Below are positions 36,106 to 49,604 of a DNA stretch of 64,000 nucleotides, piece after piece. Source of the DNA: Eremomyces bilateralis CBS 781.70 (Eukaryota). The notes below the pieces were generated by a model. The model had not been told where the DNA came from, did not search any database, and saw only the letters and a program-made list of their open reading frames with translations. The stretch lies in the NCBI GenBank assembly GCA_010015585.1, contig ML975150.1, one strand, 5' to 3'. The position numbers were made by a program, and so were the translations under genes. Position 1 is the stretch's first letter; each line of letters begins with the position of its first letter.

Positions 36106-38048
36106 ATGGGCACTTCAGGCGCTGATTTGGACGCTTCCCACGCGTCGGAGATGTTGCTGCCAAGACCACGGAGAAGTAGAATGGAATCCAACGGCAAAGG
36201 AATCGTGGCCGCAAATGCTCTAAAAGGAGAGCCTCCCGCATCGGCTCTCTCGAGGTACCACTTCGATCCTCCACATCCGGTCTCTCCAAGGTTACTGACC
36301 ATGATAGCGGGCGGACCACACCAATTCCATCCGATGCGCCGCCATCAACCCAGGCGACGTCGTCGGTCCGGAAACAAATCCGGGCGCAGAACAAGTCGCG
36401 TCTGTTCCCGACTATCGACTATGCGCCGCGCGTGTCGCATTTTGACCCGCGAAGTGAGTACACCAACTTCCGGGGGTTCTTCGTTCTCTTCTGGATTTCC
36501 CTGGCGATCATGGCGATCACCGCCATACTTCGGAGCTTGAAGGAGACGGGGTATCCTTTGAATGTCAGTCAATGGTCTCTGTTTACGGAGAATATTGGGG
36601 AGCTAGCGTTAAGCGACCTGCTTATGGCGGCAAGTACAGTGTTGTGTTTGCCGTTACATCGTCTATATATGTCCGGAAGTTCCATACTCAGATGGAGTAA
36701 ATCCGGAATAGTCATTCAAGCTATCTTTGAGGGGATGTGGTTGGTATTTTGGGTTTGGTACGCGTTTATATTATCCATGGCGTGAATCAAGCTGACCATT
36801 CCACAGCTGGCCTTTTCTTCGGACGTGGACATGGACGGCGCAAGTCTTCTTCACGCTCCATATCCTTTCATTATTCATGAAGATGCACTCATATGCGTAA
36901 GTGATGCCCGGAATAACAGGAGCTTCTTCTAAACCGAGTAGGTTCTACAATGGGCATCTATTGGAGACCCGACACCGACTGCTTGGACTAGACTCCCCTT
37001 TAGCGGCAGCGTCTACATCCGCCACAGAATCAGCCGCAGTCCGATATCCATCGGCCTGGTCCGAGAAGATGCCGCCCGATGGGAGAAGACCCTCCAAAGA
37101 GATCAACGTGAATGGAATAGTTCACTCTGCAGCTGTTGAACAATTGCGAGAAGACCTAGCTTTGGAGCTCACATCGCCGCTGGGTCGAATAAGCTACCCG
37201 GCCAATCTAACCTACCTGAATTTTGTCGACTATCTTCTCTGCCCGACCCTGTGCTATGAATTAGAGTACCCGCGGATGCCGACCAGGGATTATATGAACC
37301 TATTCTACAAATCCCTCGCCGTATTCGGCTGCATCTTCCTCCTGACCGTCACCTCCGAAGAGTTCGTTATCCCCGTCCTCGCCGAGTCCTCCGCGCGCCT
37401 CCACATGATGCCGCCGCCGACCCTCTCCGAACAAGCCCTCATCCTCGCTGAGACCATCTCCGGCCTCCTCTTCCCCTTCCTCATCAACTTCCTCCTCGTC
37501 TTCCTCGTCATCTTCGAATACCTCCTCGGCGCCTTCGCCGAGATCACCGGCTTCGCCGACCGCCATTTCTACGACGACTGGTGGAACTCGCGCGACTGGC
37601 TCGAGTTCTCGCGGCAGTGGAACATCCCCGTGCATCATTTCTTCCGGCGCCATGTCTACGCGGCGCTGAGCAGGCCGGTTCCGCTTAGCGATGCCAAGCC
37701 GCCGACGTCGAGGCCGGTGGCGACGGCCATTACTTTCTTTGTGAGTGCGATTGCGCATGAGTTGGTGATGGGCTGCATCACGAAGAAGTTGAGAGGATAT
37801 GGATTTGTGATGATGATGATGCAAATCCCGATCGTTATGGTTCAGAGACATCCCCTGGTGCGGGGAAGAACTTTGTTGAATGTAAGTAAACAACATGCTC
37901 CGTCATGTTTCCAAACTAATCATTTATAGAACGTTCTGTTTTGGTGTTCAATGATTCTCGGACTCTCCATGGTAAGTTCAGATCTACAATCCACACCATA
38001 TGCATCGCTAATATCGACAAGATGTGTGCATTATACGTCCTAGTCTAG
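36106..38048 (+). CDS. Sterol O-acyltransferase (MBOAT, Are1/Are2-like), 6 exons
   Basis: SHFDPRSEY..FRGFFVLFW, MKMHSYAFYNG, CPTLCYELEYPR, FYDDWWN, WNIPVHHFF, HELVMG; last exon MCALYVLV*. Confidence 0.92.
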
Positions 38049-38300
38049 GACATCTAAGCGCTTTTATAGTTATAGAAATCCCATCTCACTAGACATTTTC
38101 AATGTGAAAGGGAGAGCAATCTCCCGTGTTTAATCTTCTCATTCGCCTGTGCTGCATACACACTATCCTTGAAATCGTAAAACGACAACATCAGCGGCCG
38201 AACGTCCACGTTCGACCCCGCCCTCCCACCAGAATGCGTCCCACCCTCAGGTCATTCGAAGATGCACGGCACAAAGACAAGACGACTGGATAATGCTTGT

Positions 38301-41114
38301 TCACGCGGGCTCGGACCAATCCACCTGTTCGGTGATCGGAGCGCCACCATCCACCGAATAATTGAGCTTTAGCCTCAACCGAAGCTTGGCAGGCGGCGGC
38401 TATTTCAAAATGATCAGCAACGTCAACGAAAAGGGGTTCGAGATACTTACGCCGCTGACTCCCACCACCCGCATCTGCTGCGACGCCTCCGCATTCGGCG
38501 CAAGCTCCGCACTGCTCAGCGCCTGCAGCTGCAGTTTCTGCGACTTGGGCACCGCGGCCTGCAGCGCGACACCAGTGAACCGCGCCGTGGCGCCGTCGTT
38601 TTTGAACTTGGCCAGCACCTGGACGGCGTTGCCGGGGCGTTGGCAGGTGAACGAGATGCGGAGGTCGTTCTTGTGGTAGACGAGGTGCTCCGCGGCGGTG
38701 GGTGGCGCAGGGGAGCCGATACCGCCGAGGATATCGAGGGAACCGGAGGGGGCGGGGGACGGGGTGGTGCTGGGTTGATTGGAGTTGAAGAGGTCCATGA
38801 TTGAGTTGACGTTAGAAGTGGCGGGCTGCGAGGGCGACGTCGATGGGTCTGCTACAGGGGAGGGGCTACCGCCGAGAATATCAGCGAGCAGATCTGCATT
38901 TTTCTGGCCTCCATTCGTTGTCGGCTTGGTCGATGGGCCCGCCTCATCGGCGCCACCCATGAGATCCAGAAGCATGTCTTCGGTGACTTGGTTCGATTTC
39001 TTCTTCTGCACGGTGGAATGTCGCTTCTTCGTCGCTTCGCCGAGGACTCGCTGCTCTTCTCGGATTTCCGGCGGGGGCATCCGCTCGAGCACACCGCGAC
39101 GGACTTGATCGTACGACATGAGGTGCGTGTACTCGACGGCGCGCTGCTGGATCTCGACGTCCAAGTCGGTCTGTCGGGTCCGAAGGAGTTGCCGGATCCG
39201 CTCGACCTGCGTTTGATCGGATAGCCGAGTTGTCAGCTTCATTGCAGCCGTCACGATGTACTCCGTCACGATCTTGGTGCTGTAGCTGCTGCTGAGTATA
39301 GTCGAAAACAAATCAACGAGATCACTCTCTTTGATATCCTTCACCAGCTCCTCTTCCTCATATTGGCCTCCTTGGAGAAGGGCGTCGGCATATTCGCCGA
39401 TCACCCAAGCACCGGCGAGGTTTAATCCTTCTTGAGTAATGTCATCCTTTAAGGCAGCATAGAGCTTCTGGGCGGAATAGGTTTGTAGTTCGGTGGTAGT
39501 TGCAATGAGTCGAACAAACGAGGAAAGGATTTGTTCCTTAACATAGTTGCCGGCCTGTCCACAAGATTAGCCAACACTGCCATAAAAGACTTGTGATATA
39601 GTTACCAGTTTGAGAACTCGTAGCATAGTGTCAATGTGCCATCTCTTGTTCGGCGCAAAACGATCCGCCGCGATACCGATCTGTGAAGTCATAATCGGCT
39701 TGAACTCGTTATCCGCTACCTCGAGGAATGAGAGAAGCTCGCGGATCAAGACGCGGACGTTGCCTTCATTGATGAGGGTGAAGCTAAGATCCAGTGCTCT
39801 TCTGCGAATGCTAATGTCGGGATCCCGCAAACAATCCAAGATCGTGTTTCGGTGTCTTTGGACTGCGTTCGGCTCAACAGCCACCACTTTGATGAGGGTG
39901 TTCAATGCGACGTAACGTATATTGTTGTCTCGGTTGGACAGGAACTTCCCCAAGATATTAACCCCTAGGACTCGCAGGCCCGAGTCGGCTTCGATGTCGA
40001 GGATGGTAAGGACGGATTCGTAGAGGATAGAGTTACCGACGTTTTTGGACGCATCGGTGTTAGTCGCGACCTGTTCTGGTCAGTATGGAGAATAATATTA
40101 AAGGACGTACGAAGGGTACCTGTGCTAGGATGTCATTGATCTGGTCGCTCGTCTCTTGGTCCCCTCGTCCCAAGACTCTAAGCAATTGCAAAATCTTCAC
40201 CTGTAAGAATGGGTCGGTTATCCCGGACACATCATGTTCGGGGGCATATCCGGAGTTCGCCAGACTTTTCAGGATCTTGACAAGCCCGGGTACCAGCGGT
40301 CGAAACACATCGATCACGCCCTCAGCTTCCTCCAGCTCCTCCTCCAGCTCGCACATACTCGTCGCTAATGTAAGTCCACAGAGTAGCACGCCATGGTTTC
40401 GATCGGAGAGGAGCATTTTCGCCTTCTCGAGGAAGTGCTCCTGTAGGTCGGGAACCTTTCGACATATCCGCATGGCGCAGATCGCTGCCTTTCGACGAAT
40501 GTAGGGGTTCGAGCTCGATAGTATGGTTTCGACTTCCGGGAAGAGATCTCGCGACATCTCGATCGACGCAATGTTTCCGAGGGTCACTAAAGCAAGACCG
40601 ACCACATATTGGTTCGAGTGGTTGAGGTCACTGTATTCTTCAATCAGCGCCAAATCCTAGGACTCGATGAGAGCATTATCCTTACTTTTTCAGCGAGTTC
40701 GTCACCAAAGTCAAGACCTCCTGATTTTCATCCAGCAGGAGCATCGTCCCCAGGTAACCCAACCGCTTGTCCGCAAAGCGCGGTGACGCCAGCAGCTTTA
40801 GGCATTCGATCTGCCCAAAGTGTGTCCGCTCCCCAAGGGTGAAGAGGTATAGCAACTTCGCGACATTGTTTCTCCTGCGGAAGTATTGGTATAAGATCGA
40901 CGTGCTATTGAGCGAAGGGGTACGAACCTGACATTGGAGTCGTGGCTCTCTTCCCGAAAACTGGCTCGAATCGCTGCGCTTTCTTTCTGCACGACGGCTC
41001 GCTCATCCGCAATGGTCTTCGCGGCGCGGACATTGCGAATGAACTGCTTTACTATAGGATACTATTAGCATACGACGCTTGCAACGTACGGTCATGCAAC
41101 GAACAGGAGCTCAT
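38301..41114 (-). CDS. APL4: AP-1 adaptor complex gamma subunit, 7 exons
   Basis: [60 protein letters not shown], ear domain [21 protein letters not shown]. Confidence 0.95.
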
Positions 41115-41789
41115 GGTTGATCTTTATGTCTGACCCAAGTGCGGGTCAACGATCGAGAGTCATGGACTGGGGGACAGTTGGCAGGGACGGAAATGGACAA
41201 TCACCCGAGGATAAATGCGTACAACCACTTAAATAGGGATTCAGAATGTAGTTGACGGCCGTATGTGAGTTGCTGTTTCTAGACATCCACAGTCCACATA
41301 GGCTTCAGATGTACAAGTGGGAGTTTCCACTCTGATGCCACCATCCCTGATTCGTTTAGCTTGACCCAACCGTGGCGGTGCAGTCTACTCCATTCACGTT
41401 CACATTGTTGCTATTCACATCGGATTTGATTGCGACAACAATAATAATAGGAGCATAATTCATATTGACGCTTCAATCTGATTGCAATTTGCACCTTTAT
41501 TATTGGGTTTGGGTTCTAAAACATACAAATACGTGTTTCTTAGTGTTTTTTAGTGTTACTAACCAGCGTCTCCCCTTCATTGCTCCTGACGTTTACCTGC
41601 AAACTTGCACCTCAATTTGACCTCTGGAAAGACCAAGTTTCATCAACCATCGAATAATTCCAGATTCGGAGCTACAACCTCAATGCGTAGGGACCAAGTT
41701 ACTCAAAGAGCTTGGATTACTGTCCCACCGAGACTCCGCGCCTGCCATAGAAGAATACCGTCCACCCTCAGGAGAACACTGTGATCCCG

Positions 41790-42324
41790 ATGGGTCCTAA
41801 GAAAGGGTCAAATTCGAAGGATGATTCGTCCAAGAAAGGTGGGAAAGGAGGGAAAGGAGGGAAGGATCCCTCTGGCGACAAAACTACTGGGAAGCTGAAA
41901 CCCGCGAACAGCATCAACGTAAGGCATATTCTATGCGAGAAGCACTCCAAGAAGGAGGAAGCCTTAGCAAAGCTGCGAGACGGAGCCAAGTTTGATGAGG
42001 TTGCCCGGGAATTTTCTGAGGACAAGGTAATCCGCCACGCTCTCCTCTGGGGACATAACAGAAGTCTAACTTTGTGCGAATTCTTCAGGCTAGACAAGGT
42101 AACTATATCGTCCCAGCCCATGGAGTACGATGTTCAAGTCCGAGCCCCAGACACTAACTCGCGTATCAGGCGGTTCATTGGGATGGAAGACGCGTGGTTC
42201 GTTGATAGCCGAGTTTGAAAAGATGGCATATGAGCTCGAGACGAGCACGACGGGGAATCCGAAGTATGGAGAAGTGAAAACCAAAGAAGGTTATCACATC
42301 GTCATGGTCGAAGGGAGGAAGTAA
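41790..42324 (+). CDS. PIN4: Parvulin-type peptidyl-prolyl isomerase (Par14/Pin4), 3 exons
   Basis: Basic N-terminus, [41 protein letters not shown]. Confidence 0.93.
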
Positions 42325-42685
42325 TGTGGAAGTCTTTCATGACGCGGGACGGATTCGGACAGGAGGCGGTGGTCAATGACAATCACGATATCAGTAGCAT
42401 ATGAATCAAGCTATGATAATGTCTTCCAAGTTCATTCCTCAGGATGTTCCTACAAAATATATTAGATCTCACTGTCATACCCTTTTCGAAATTGTGCGGG
42501 AGTCAGGTCGATGTTTGTTCATATTGGTTACTTGGTTGATCAAGACTCGTCACGTGCCCCGACCCACATCGTCAACTTGACCTTGAACCTCATCATCAGA
42601 CCACCACTTGCTGCATCTACACACGACTCGAAGCCGACCCCAGTCCCTTGAACATCCATCTGCGCAACAGTCCACTGCATCTACG

Positions 42686-43161
42686 ATGGCCGGGTGAGCT
42701 CCTCTTCTCCCAATTGCTGCATCGCAGACCCACGACGTCCCATACTGACCTCGGCGCTCGCAGCTTCGTCTTCCGCGAGAACAGGGTACCGCGGTACCAG
42801 CGACTCTTCGCACGCCATGATAAGCTCCGTATCTGGCAAAAGGTTCGATTCCATGATTCTCGAGGAAACGGCAAAGCAATTGCTGGCCTCCTGGCGACCG
42901 ACGAGAGGCTAATCATCGCATGACAGAGCCCCCGGGCCCCGTTTGTCCTCTACCCGTACTACCTCTTGACGGCAGTCTCTCTTGGTGGTAAGATCTTGGA
43001 ACGCAATGCATCCGCAGGATACAATGGCTAACATTTACTGTCTGAAGGGTCGATGTACATGATGGGCCGCATGGTTATGGTACGTTTGGCTAGCAATGGA
43101 ATCGGTATCGGAGCTAACATGGTATCAATAGGGCCACAAGACCTGGTTCGGAAAGGACTAG
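42686..43161 (+). CDS. COX7: Cytochrome c oxidase subunit VII-like, 5 exons
   Basis: Spliced MAGFVFRENRVPRYQRLFARHDKLRIWQKSPRAPFVLYPYYLLTAVSLGGSMYMMGRMVMGHKTWFGKD*; four introns with clear branch points. Confidence 0.85.
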
Positions 43162-43899
43162 ACGCTGTTCTCCAAAACTCGTGTCAATAGAAGTGTACTC
43201 TAGCATCGCAATCAATGACGATATCGGTCGAACTGAAATACGATTTCCTATGCTGTGTCCTGATTGTCCATTGCACGGCCCCAAATCCAGGAGGAATGTT
43301 CCATCGAACGTCTTAGTAATATGTTATACCGTCCCCGAGTTGCCTCAAACGTTCCAGAAAAACGTTCTGAAGAGAAGACGACGTCTCATCGCAGCACTAG
43401 ATCCTGTGCAAAAGGTGCCTTGCCTCAGCTTCAGACACACAACGGAATCTATCGAAAATTCAAATCGATCCTGTAGAACCAAAAGGCTCTATTTAATTAA
43501 TTAATCCTTCTATCTATTCTTCTACGAAAGGGCTCCTCTAGCTTCCATTTGATGTAATAAAGATCCAGTTTTTATCAGCTTGATCGTTTTGATATGCCAA
43601 GCCTCGCATCCCCAGACAACCCGGACAACCGAAGATCCCAGCTGAGAGCTTTCGTGAGCTTTCGCGAGCTGTCCATGTAATCGTGTTCAGAACCTTTTTC
43701 GTTGGGATGCTCATGCAGCGTCGGTTACTTGGAAGGGAAATCTCAAATCTGCCCGAAATCGATTCCGGCCTCGACTTCCAGACCCCCGGCTTCGTGAGAT
43801 TACGCGACCTCCATCCAGACCCACTATGAGACCTCAATCACGATAGCTCCATCGCTCCCTCACCAGTTCCACCATCAGCTATCTCGAACACTCTGCACC

Positions 43900-45313
43900 A
43901 TGGCCGACATTATCAAGGGCCTCTTCGGGGGCGGCAAAGCCCAACAATCCCCTCTTTCATCTGCAGACGATGGTGGGTCGCGCAATTCGCCCGGGACAGC
44001 GATTCTTCGCAACTAACACCCCGTGATAGACTTCGCCGATTTCGCCGGAGTTCCTGATCCATCGCCGGTGTCCATCCCGATCTCCTCGCCGTCATTTTCG
44101 CCTGCGAAGCCATCGCTTGGGTTAGCGACCGGACCGTATCCCTACACGAAATGGTATCGCGTGTGGGAACGCGCGTCACCGAGCGACTTCATCCTGGAAG
44201 CCATCATCATCCCCGTCATTGCCATCGTGGTTCTGATTCATTTCTGGGGGAAGCGACGAAATCAGCGCACTGCTCATGCATGGATAAAAGCACATGCGCC
44301 GGTCCTCAAGAAGGAGTTTGCCTCGGTGGGATTCGAGGGGAGGAAGAAAGACGACGAGCTGGATGACAGTGAGCTCGTTGACCCGGCCAAGCTGCTGAAA
44401 ACCAAGGCGTTCAATGAATACACGACCTATGCGACCGGTCGCCAGAATGTGGCGTTCGTCGATATTCGCATCACGCTATTGAAGTGGTACAATCCCGCGG
44501 TCATCGCCGGGGAGAACCTGGTCAATCTGTTCTTCGAGAGCCTCGAAGCCACCCAAGAGCGGGTGCAGGCCAACCTCTACTGCTTCGACGGAAAAGAGAG
44601 CCAGCTGGCTCCCGGATTGGCAGGAAAGACGCCGAACTCCACTTTCGACGGGTTCGTGTGGGCGATCGTGCATAAGGATGCCATGAGGAGGCTGCGGGAA
44701 GGGCAATACGACCTTTCTCTTACGACCACCAAGGAGCACCCGAAGCTACCCAATTGGGCGACGATAATGACCGAGAGCGCCGAGATCACGGACACCCTGC
44801 TTACGCCGGAGCTGATCAAAGCCGTCGAGCAAGCGGGCGACTCCCTCGAGGCGCTGATCATCTCTGACCAGCCGATCGAGCAACCCACGAAGTACTAATC
44901 CCCCTGCTTGCCCCGATAGTGCTTGACTAACACCATCCAGGCTCGAGGAACTAACCAGCCGCAAGCGCGTCTCCATCAACATGCGCCTCCCCTCCTCCGG
45001 CGACTACGCTCCTACCATCCCACTGTTCCACTACTTCCTCCGCCTCCCCGACCTCCTCGTCAGCTCTGCCCGCTTCCGCCCCGAGGTGATGCGCCGCGTG
45101 AAGCAGACGCGAGAGGAGGAGTCGCGGAAGATCCGCAAGGCGACCGAGGGCGAGGTGGCAGAGGAGCGGAAGATGAAGGCCGACCGGGAGAAGAAGGAGA
45201 AGCGGGACGCGCAGCTAAAGAATATGAGCGCGGATGAGCAGCGGAAGTTTTTGGAGAAGGAGAGGGAGAAGGAGAATCGGAGGAAGTCGAAGCGGCAGAC
45301 GATGCGAGGGTAG
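43900..45313 (+). CDS. PAT complex subunit CCDC47 (DUF1682), 3 exons
   Basis: YTKWYRVWER, TM helix, YATGRQN, FVWAIVHK, SESAE-like TESAEIT, ISDQP, K/E/R-rich tail MSADEQRKFLEKE. Confidence 0.87.
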
Positions 45314-45563
45314 GGGATGTGATGTGGTGGGGTGTTGATGTAGGAGCGTTCTAGTGGAGATGTGTAAGGGGTATTCTTTGTAATTGTATGTGATTAAACC
45401 TGATAGGATGGCACACTTCGGTCGATAGCGTGAGCTGTCTACGCTGTTGCCTTGCTACAGATAATTGAAAAGCATTTGCTGCATTGCGCTTATCCATTCG
45501 TCCCGCTCAATATGAGTATTTACAATATGTACAACTATTTCGCTAAAGTACCAGAGATCCGCT

Positions 45564-47241
45564 TCAAACTATGGAATCTTCGTTTGGATCTCGCCGCCGC
45601 CTTCGCCTTTTCTTCCGGTGCCTTGAACGACTGCGGCGATCGGACAGACCAGCATCGTGCTTTAGCTGCTCGACTAGCGGCCCCATGACAAAGTCGCTCT
45701 CGGGACTGCTGTGATCGCAGAGCGGCGAATACTTGAATGGTAGAAGCCAATCTAGGATGGTATATCCCATCAGCTCCTGCATGTTCCGAAGGCGACTGAT
45801 GTAGAACGGGTTGTCGCCGGAAGGGGTTCGTAAAATGGCAAACTTAGCACCGCCAGCTCTTCGTAGTGTAGATGCGGATCCAGGGTCGCCATTGACTGCA
45901 TGTGCCCCTGATTCAACATTTTCCCTATTATTAGCATCCTGGCCTCTGATGCTCAGGCGCTGAAAAGGGTACGTGACCTGTGTATAGTGAGCGCTTCCAC
46001 CTTGCCCGCCATTGGCGTTGGACGGCGATGCCCCGAAATTCTGGGCATCCTCGTCAATCCGCACCGCTAGAAAGTAAATGTGGTTTCCTCGGCCTAGGTT
46101 ATCCACCGTTGTCAGGTTCAGGAGAGCGAGGTGGATTGTTGATCCCCCAAGGCCGGCCGTGAAGAAGAAGAACAACGACGCTCTATGTCTCGTTTAGTTC
46201 GACTATATGGCAGTGGTAGGATTTGAAACTCACATTGCTAAAACGACGATCACATGGGGGTCTATTTCCGGTAGCTGTAAGTACGGTCAGCTGGATCGTC
46301 CAGGTTCAGCCAACATCCTTGCCATTCGGCGCATATAGAATATTATGTGGTAGAGGTTACTCACGCTGCGTCTCTGCACCGATACGACATATGCCAATAG
46401 ACTCATTATGAATCCAGTACATAATGCTGCATATACCAAAAACTGCACGAAGAACTTCATATTGGTTTCAGAGACGATACCGCCAACCCTATAGATAAGA
46501 ATTAGCCAGTGTGTTCATGGTAAATATTAGAATTCGTATTGTATTTTGACTTACCATGGACAATAGTGATCCATCCGACGCACACATCTTCCCAGCTCGC
46601 TAGAATGATGGGTTCGGTCCGGTTTCCAGTTCCTGCATTCGATGCACCAAATAGGAAGCCCTGTGTAGTCGCAAACAAATATATTCTTTTCGTAGAATTT
46701 CTCTAGACCAGGAGGAGGTGGGACTTCCCCTTCTAGGATGGCTCGGCGATCAAGCACTCCATCTGGAGCATAAGGATGGCCAGTGCCTTCTAACGCTCGG
46801 TTGACATCATGAGACTGTATGCGCGAAGCCGTTCGAGAGCCGTTCTTCGCATCGTTTGTTGAATTGGCGGAGGGAAGTGACACCGCCTCTTTTCGGGGGA
46901 CAAGGCCAGGGTCCGTGATTATGACCTGGATGATCCGAACATAGGGCACTATCCAAAGGACCATGAGGATGAAGAAGGCAACCAGAATGCCTATCATCGT
47001 CGGCGGCTGTGAAACGAGGCCTAGGTCAGGCGGCGGGCGCAGGAAGAACCGGACTGTACACCGATATCAGACAAATCCAGGGATGATAAATGAGGCGAGT
47101 CAACGGAGTCTAGGACATACCGCACACCCTTTCAACCACGACATAGCTGGCATACCCGCTGATACCGAACAGTATCACTGGTATCGCTCTCGCAGCCCAT
47201 TTGTTCATCGACCTCTGGGTTGCAAGCCTGTCCATTTCCAT
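45564..47241 (-). CDS. PFA5: DHHC-family palmitoyltransferase, Pfa5-like (DHYC variant), 5 exons
   Basis: CIECRNWKPDRTHHSSELGRCVRRMDHYCPW|VGGIVSETNMKFF, NLTTVD, NPF; N-terminal TM segment from ATG at 47241. Confidence 0.85.
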
Positions 47242-49277
47242 GATCGCGTGTTCCCTGCTCTTTCATGTTGTCGCCTGTCGGGCGGATTAGGAGGGGCTCA
47301 TGTTGGCTTAGAGTCTGGGCAGGATTAAGGCAATGAGGTTGAAATCAGCCCTCCGTGCCTTTGACAGAGATTCTGAAAATTGAGGTCGAAGAGCGATTCG
47401 ACTCCGCCCGGGTGGATGCCAGACGCAAGTTTGAAGCACCTCAAGGCTCAAAAGTCCAGTGTTGATGACGTCGGAGTAATAAAGCAGGCGGTGCCGGTTG
47501 ATGTTCGGCTCGACCTGCCATGCCGACAGACTCAACCTCACCTCCTTCTTTCGCCTCATTTACAGCTCACTTCGGTGAACCGCTTTCATTATTCTATGCA
47601 TACAGGGCTATCAACTTGGTGTTTAGTGTTGCCAAATTCATATTCACCGGAATTTTGAATAGAAACTGTGTTCGTGTTTCCATACCAGTGCGTTCACAAG
47701 GACCATTTCGATGCGCAACCACACAGTTCGAAGGGCTACGTATGGGTTGAGTTATTTATCCGTATCTGGAACATCCGGGTCAGATAGAACCACCCTCTTT
47801 CTATAATTATACTATCATCTTGAGAAATGCGAGATGCGAAAAGTATAAAGAAGGGCTAGCTGTACTGGTCATCTTATTCCTGAGTCTTGCCTCTTCTTCT
47901 CGCGCTGCGTATCGTAATCCGTTCATACTAGCTTCAGTAGGCAGCGGTCGGGATATATCCCGAGAGCTCAGCCACAGTCTTTTCCCTCATCTTGTCAAGC
48001 CCGACTTTATTTATCGCATTTTGGATATGGTACGTTGCCCGGTAGCTGTCGCTTCACTCCGGAGGCAATCTCTAGTGCTGGTGAGTCGAATGAGCATCTC
48101 CGTCTATTGCCATCTCCTTTGACTCATTGAACCCTTTATCTGACCGCTTTACCTAGGGCTGTTTTCTACTCGCACCGAGCTTCGAGACTTAGCATGTCTC
48201 CGTGCACGTGGACCTTGGTGCGAAATTTCAAGCCGTGAGGCTTCTCGGTGAACTCTTAAGGCCAATTTTCGCTCCTCGATGCCTTGGCCTTATGCTACTC
48301 CCTTGAGAGAACGGCCTCAGGTCCACAATGTGGTCAACCTTTCAGTTACTAGTGCCCAACGTAGAATCGACCTGGGGCTAGGTCATCTTTCTACTACACC
48401 GCCTATCCGGCTTCCTTAATCTGGATGCCGGAGTGGTACTATTCACATGACCTTCAAGTTTATCTTTGGTCATTGATTCGCTAATACTAATAGTCATGGG
48501 CACCGGGTCCGACAAATCGTTCGATTCTTGTCTCTTACCAAGGTCATTGCCGACATCATCAGGCAAACTCAGGCGCCAGCTTCCTGCCTCAGGAATCGTC
48601 ACAGCCTCCTTTACTGTATCTCCAGGATGCCTACGCCAGGAAGGTTTCACCGAAGCTGGCCGTAGACTGAGAGTTCGGCCATGATGCGATTATGCTCCGC
48701 CGCGAGAAATCTGCCGCGAGACTGTTGTTATTCGGCAGGTCCGCCCCATTGTGATTCCGTTCTCACCTTCGATCGACTAGAATGGACATAGTTGGTCCAC
48801 CGTTTCGGGACCGTTCATGTCGTCTCTCCTTGTTTGCGAGTCGAAATCGACCTCTTTCGCTCGATGCCCAACTCTTGCGCGCCAACCAGGTCCTGGATGG
48901 ATTTCGACATCTGTATCGCCTCAGGAAACCTTCGAGCAACCCACCGTATCCCTTCGACGATGCTAAACGCCTGAAACACTTGAAATTCCGCAGCAGTTAT
49001 CGGCCTCCTTTCTTCGTGCCCGAGTCGGAAAGGCATCGCCCTAATTGTGGCCCAGGTCAACTTTCTCTTTTGAGTTGTGTGCTGAGGCGTTTGAAGCGCA
49101 TTTGGATGCCTTTTTTCTTTCTCTTTAGTAGGTATAAAAATTGAGGTTGGCTCCCTTGAATCTGTTATTGCCATCATCTCACCAACTCTATAATCCCAAC
49201 GACAAGTCTATCGACTATCTTTTCAATCGAACTCAACGAGTTCAGCTTCAGCTTTCTCGTTATATTCTCTCTTCAAT

Positions 49278-49604
49278 ATGATTTTCACCACCATCTCGGC
49301 CGCAGCGTCTAAGGAGGAAGTCCACGGACCTACAAGAATCCAAGAGGCCATCCACATGGCTCATCCTTTCGATGCTTCGAGCATGCAGCCTCCTCGTTCC
49401 GCAGGGTACAAGTTGGCTGGAACCGAATCCTCGGGCTGCAACGATCTCTTCGACCACTCCATCCAGCCATTATCCTGCCCAGAGACGGTTCAACTATGGA
49501 ATTGCTGTGCATGCCGTGACGGTCCAACCGCAGTTGCACCGTCGTGCACTAACTGTGGACACTATCGGTGTGGTGCATGCCCAGTCAGCTATGGCCCGAA
49601 ATGA
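49278..49604 (+). CDS. Small Cys-rich putative zinc-binding protein (start uncertain; alternative ATG at 49356)
   Basis: C-terminal WNCCACRDGP..CTNCGHYRCGAC; TATAAAAA near 49133; intron-like segment 49612-49669 just after the stop. Confidence 0.6.
   Translation: MIFTTISAAASKEEVHGPTRIQEAIHMAHPFDASSMQPPRSAGYKLAGTESSGCNDLFDHSIQPLSCPETVQLWNCCACRDGPTAVAPSCTNCGHYRCGACPVSYGPK

Noticed and set aside
42841..42855. GGTTCGATTCC resembling a tRNA T-loop / B-box
   Set aside because: It is the COX7 intron 2 donor region and no cloverleaf can be formed.
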